DNA from: Polyangiaceae bacterium
GTDB taxonomy: Bacteria > Myxococcota_A > Polyangia > Polyangiales > Polyangiaceae
Length of the DNA stretch: 64,000 nt
NCBI GenBank assembly: GCA_965222375.1
Contig: CBDCTZ010000012.1
Coordinates: forward strand, 416,001 to 480,000
Reading direction: 5' to 3'
The notes below the pieces were generated by a model, which searched no databases, was not told the origin of the DNA, and saw only the letters and a list, made by a program, of their open reading frames with translations. Of this stretch, positions 60,906-64,000 are shown one piece after another (positions within the stretch are counted from its first letter, which is position 1; every line of letters begins with the position of its first letter). The position numbers were made by a program, and so were the translations under genes.

Positions 60906-62246
60906 ATGACCAGCGTGAAACCCGACCCATCCCGGAACAAGACCCAGAACGTTGATCTAGCCGTGGCGGTATTCGGTGCCTTGGTCGCCGTGACCTGTGC
61001 GGCCGGACTGCGTCCGGATTCCGAGGCTCCGGCAACTGCCGCCGCGAACGCGCCCCAGCCCAGGGATTCGATGGCGTCGGCGCCGACGACTCCCCAGTCG
61101 ACCGCTGCTCTTCCATCCAGCTCAGCGGCCCCGCCTCCAAAGGGACTCACCCCGCCGCCGAAGCGGTCCCGGGTCGTGCTGAAGACCTTGGGCGAGGCCC
61201 TCCGCGGACTCTCGAAGTTCGATGCGGCCGAGCCTGTGAGGATCTTGTGGATGGGCGACTCCCATACCTACGCGGACTTCTGGCCCCACGCGGTGCGTCG
61301 GCAGTTACAGAGGAAGTATGGCGCCGGCGGGCCGGGCTATCTCTTGCTCGGTGTGAAGCCCTACCGCAACGACCTGGCTCGGATTCGCGTCGAAGGCAAG
61401 TGGAGGCGCGAGCCGCGTTCGCCATCCAAGGGCGCCAAACAGTTGGACGGCGTCTTTGGACTCGCCGGACAGCGAAGTGTGCCAGTTTCTGCCGACGCAA
61501 CCACGAGCGTCGAGTTGTTCAAGAGCAAGCTTCGCGGTCGTGTGGGCTGGACTCTGCACTATCGCCTGCCTGGCAACGCGGCACTCAAAGTCGAACTCAG
61601 CGACGGCAAGAAGCTTCGCCTGACCCGCGGCGCCTCGGTTCCCGGCTCACCGATCTTGCGCCATCGCTTCGAGTCGGATGCGAGCGCCAAGCTGACGGTC
61701 GCTGCGGCGTCGGGGCTGCCCGAAGTATTTGGCGTCGTTGTGGAGAGCTCACAGCCCGGAGTCGTCGTCGACAATCTCGGGATCAACGGTGCGCGTGCCG
61801 GCACACCACTCGTTTGGGATGCAACCAGCCACGTCGCCGAAATCGCCGCCAGAAAACCCAGTCTGGTCATCATGGCCTACGGCACCAACGAAGCGGCGTC
61901 CGCGCTGACTGCCGACCGAGTGGTGGGGCACTTTCGCAAGCTGACTGCACGGGTGAGGCGCGCGGCGCCGGATGCGGATTGCCTGTTGATTGGTCCCACG
62001 GACATGGCGGACGATGCCGGGGGCAGTCGCCCGCGGGTCTTGGAAATCGACGCCGCCGTAGAGCGCGCCGCCACGGAGGTGGGTTGCGGTTACATCAGCG
62101 CGTTTCAGGCGATGGGCGGCGAGGGGAGCTTTGCAGCGTGGATGAAGGAGGAGCCTCCTCTGGGATCACCGGATCGCATCCACTTGACCCCCAAAGGCTA
62201 TGCCAAATTGGGAGACGAGATCTTCCAGCGCTTGGCGCTACCCTGA
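60906..62246 (+). CDS. Exported SGNH/GDSL protein (PatB/AlgX-like)
   Basis: GDSHT, GINGAR, YGTNE and DRIH motifs. Start is 60894 or 60906. Confidence 0.85.
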   Translation: MTSVKPDPSRNKTQNVDLAVAVFGALVAVTCAAGLRPDSEAPATAAANAPQPRDSMASAPTTPQSTAALPSSSAAPPPKGLTPPPKRSRVVLKTLGEALRGLSKFDAAEPVRILWMGDSHTYADFWPHAVRRQLQRKYGAGGPGYLLLGVKPYRNDLARIRVEGKWRREPRSPSKGAKQLDGVFGLAGQRSVPVSADATTSVELFKSKLRGRVGWTLHYRLPGNAALKVELSDGKKLRLTRGASVPGSPILRHRFESDASAKLTVAAASGLPEVFGVVVESSQPGVVVDNLGINGARAGTPLVWDATSHVAEIAARKPSLVIMAYGTNEAASALTADRVVGHFRKLTARVRRAAPDADCLLIGPTDMADDAGGSRPRVLEIDAAVERAATEVGCGYISAFQAMGGEGSFAAWMKEEPPLGSPDRIHLTPKGYAKLGDEIFQRLALP

Positions 62247-62248
62247 GC

Positions 62249-63748
62249 TCAGGGCGAAGGCGCGGCTTGGGTCCACTCGGTGTACTTCTGCATCAGCGCA
62301 CGGAAGATCCAGCTGGCCAAAACTTCCGAGCCGCTGCCGGTGGGATGGGTGAGGTCAGCCTGGCCTAGCCCGCGTTGGACCCACGCCGCCATGGAGCCCG
62401 ATCCACCCATGGCCTTGAACGTGTCGAAGAAAGCACAGCCCGTTTCCTCGGCCGCCCGTCGCTGCTCCTTCACGATGGCGATGATGACGGGCATGGTCGA
62501 CATCGTGGTGCCCTTCTTCTCAGCACGGTCCATGGCCCCAATGATCAAGCAGCCCGCTTTGGGAACCGCCTTCTTCCCCTGCAGCAGCACGTCCTTCATC
62601 GTGCGCCGGTAGTCCTCCATGGAATATGCGAAACCGTCCCCGCTCTCGTTGGCCCCAAATTGGTAGATCAGCAGGCTGGGATCTCGCCAAGCGAGCTGTG
62701 CCGCGTAATGGTCGTCGTCCTGTTTGTCCAGGAAACGAATGCGCGCTCCCTGGATCCCGATGGCGTCCAGGACGGCGCCGGGGCCGTCTCGCTCCATCAC
62801 GACGCCGAAGGCCCTGGTGCTGCCCTTGATGGTCACGACCTCGAGCTCGTGCTCGCCGTCAGGAACCTGGATCACCTTTTCTCGGACCCTGACTTCTTTA
62901 CCGGAGGTGTCGAGCTCCTCCAGCTGCTTGCCGTCGAGATTCAGACGCATGGTTCCGCCGCCGGGTTGCTCCAGGTAGGAGACGATGAAGCGCGACACGG
63001 CCTTGCCGTACTTGGTGTTCTTGGACGTGCCAAAACGCGCTCGGGAGCCGGGGGGGGCGCGGAATGTCACCCCGCCGAGCCCATAGAGGCCATCCGGAGT
63101 TAGGGGGCCGACGATTCGGCTAACGGACCAACCTGCTGAGGCGAAGCGAGAAACGTCATTGTGAAAGTAGGCGGGCCAGGCGTTGGCCATCAGCATATAG
63201 CCGTGACCAGCATCCCCCAGCTCTGCTTGCAGTTTGCGTCGTAGGCTGCCGGAAACGTAGTCACTCGTTACAATGGAATCCCCGAAATGGATCACCCGGG
63301 TGATGGCGCCGGGCTTCTTCCGAAGCGTGTTCGACATCGCGCGCAAGAAACCGTCGAGGGCGTGTCCGCTGGCGTCGACGATGGGTACGGGTGGTTTTTC
63401 AATGTCGATTTTCAGCGCCGGCCCGCGTTGGCTCTTCGCGATTGGCCCCCGGGAGCCGCCGGGGATTTGGATGTTTTCGGGTTGCGCCAGTTCGGGGCGT
63501 TCTGTCGTTTCTTGCTTCAGGGTCGCCTCACCGGTTTTCAACACCGGCGGCGCCACGCCCACGGGCGCGCCTTCTTCAGGAGGGAGTGCGGACAGAATGC
63601 GGACCTTCTCCAAACTGGGCACCAACTCCGCGGCGAGGGCGAGCCCTCCAAGCAAGGCGACGGTCCACACGGGTCGTGAACTGAGGGCGACTCGTGGACT
63701 CGTGGTGATGGGGCCACGCACGGCGACGCGCTCGCTTGGCTTCGGCAT
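62249..63748 (-). CDS. Exported SGNH/GDSL protein (PatB/AlgX-like), paralogue of its neighbour
   Basis: GDSIV, GIQGAR, FGANE and DLTH motifs; N-terminal TM segment. Confidence 0.85.
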   Translation of the reverse strand: MPKPSERVAVRGPITTSPRVALSSRPVWTVALLGGLALAAELVPSLEKVRILSALPPEEGAPVGVAPPVLKTGEATLKQETTERPELAQPENIQIPGGSRGPIAKSQRGPALKIDIEKPPVPIVDASGHALDGFLRAMSNTLRKKPGAITRVIHFGDSIVTSDYVSGSLRRKLQAELGDAGHGYMLMANAWPAYFHNDVSRFASAGWSVSRIVGPLTPDGLYGLGGVTFRAPPGSRARFGTSKNTKYGKAVSRFIVSYLEQPGGGTMRLNLDGKQLEELDTSGKEVRVREKVIQVPDGEHELEVVTIKGSTRAFGVVMERDGPGAVLDAIGIQGARIRFLDKQDDDHYAAQLAWRDPSLLIYQFGANESGDGFAYSMEDYRRTMKDVLLQGKKAVPKAGCLIIGAMDRAEKKGTTMSTMPVIIAIVKEQRRAAEETGCAFFDTFKAMGGSGSMAAWVQRGLGQADLTHPTGSGSEVLASWIFRALMQKYTEWTQAAPSP

Positions 63749-63763
63749 GGCCTCGCCGCTGCG

Positions 63764-64000
63764 TTAGTTGACGCAGCTACCGTCGCCCAACTGACGGCAC
63801 AAAGCGCGGAGCATGGCCTTCTCGCGATCCGACGCTTTGCCGGACGCGACCTTGGACTTCAATCCGTCCTTGTGTGCTTTGAGCTTGGCGCGGTCCCCTA
63901 GGTCGTCGGGTGCGCTGCCACCCGTGGGCTTGGGAGCAGGGGCCGGCGTCGGACCGGCTTTGGGATATGACGCGGTGGGTGGCTTGGCGTGCGGCTTGGA
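63764..64000 (-). CDS. 3' end of a CDS running off the window (Pro/Lys-rich linker plus small helical domain with a Cys pair)
   Basis: Open frame ...KPPTASYPKAGPTPAPAPKPTGG...EKAMLRALCRQLGDGSCVN*, TAA at 63764-63766. Confidence 0.65.
   Translation of the reverse strand, partial: SKPHAKPPTASYPKAGPTPAPAPKPTGGSAPDDLGDRAKLKAHKDGLKSKVASGKASDREKAMLRALCRQLGDGSCVN

Overview
This GC-rich window reads like a myxobacterial chromosome segment (Myxococcota, probably Polyangiaceae-like). That assignment is inferred from the Gly-linker and Cys-rich lipoproteins, the Ser/Thr kinase plus TPR-PEGA pair, and a Myxococcus-type LexA box. The core genes are a class I fumarase, an rlmL-like THUMP methyltransferase, a stand-alone atpDC, rsmA, a MoxR/DUF58 system, mutS, hrpB, polA, ihfA-merR and ssb, interspersed with many secreted or lipoprotein hypotheticals. 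I found no tRNA, rRNA, CRISPR array, integrase or transposase. Seven observations stand out. (1) The divergent fumarase/rlmL junction occurs twice, 4482 bp apart, at about 89% identity, with mostly synonymous differences in the rlmL part. Loss is reciprocal: copy 1 has intact fum plus an internally deleted rlmL, copy 2 has a fum stub plus intact rlmL, and three cargo genes lie between. (2) A 182-bp CTAG-bounded MITE-like element. (3) A LexA-type box inside the promoter of a probably leaderless PA0069/SPL-like radical SAM gene. (4) A frameshifted flavin amine oxidase. (5) An uncalled 58-aa ORF heading a lipoprotein-lipoprotein-mutS run. (6) A candidate trans-envelope kinase/outer-membrane receptor module. 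(7) A flavoprotein resembling eukaryote-type UDP-galactopyranose mutase, coupled to a GT2. All functional calls come from motif recognition by eye; no searches were run.
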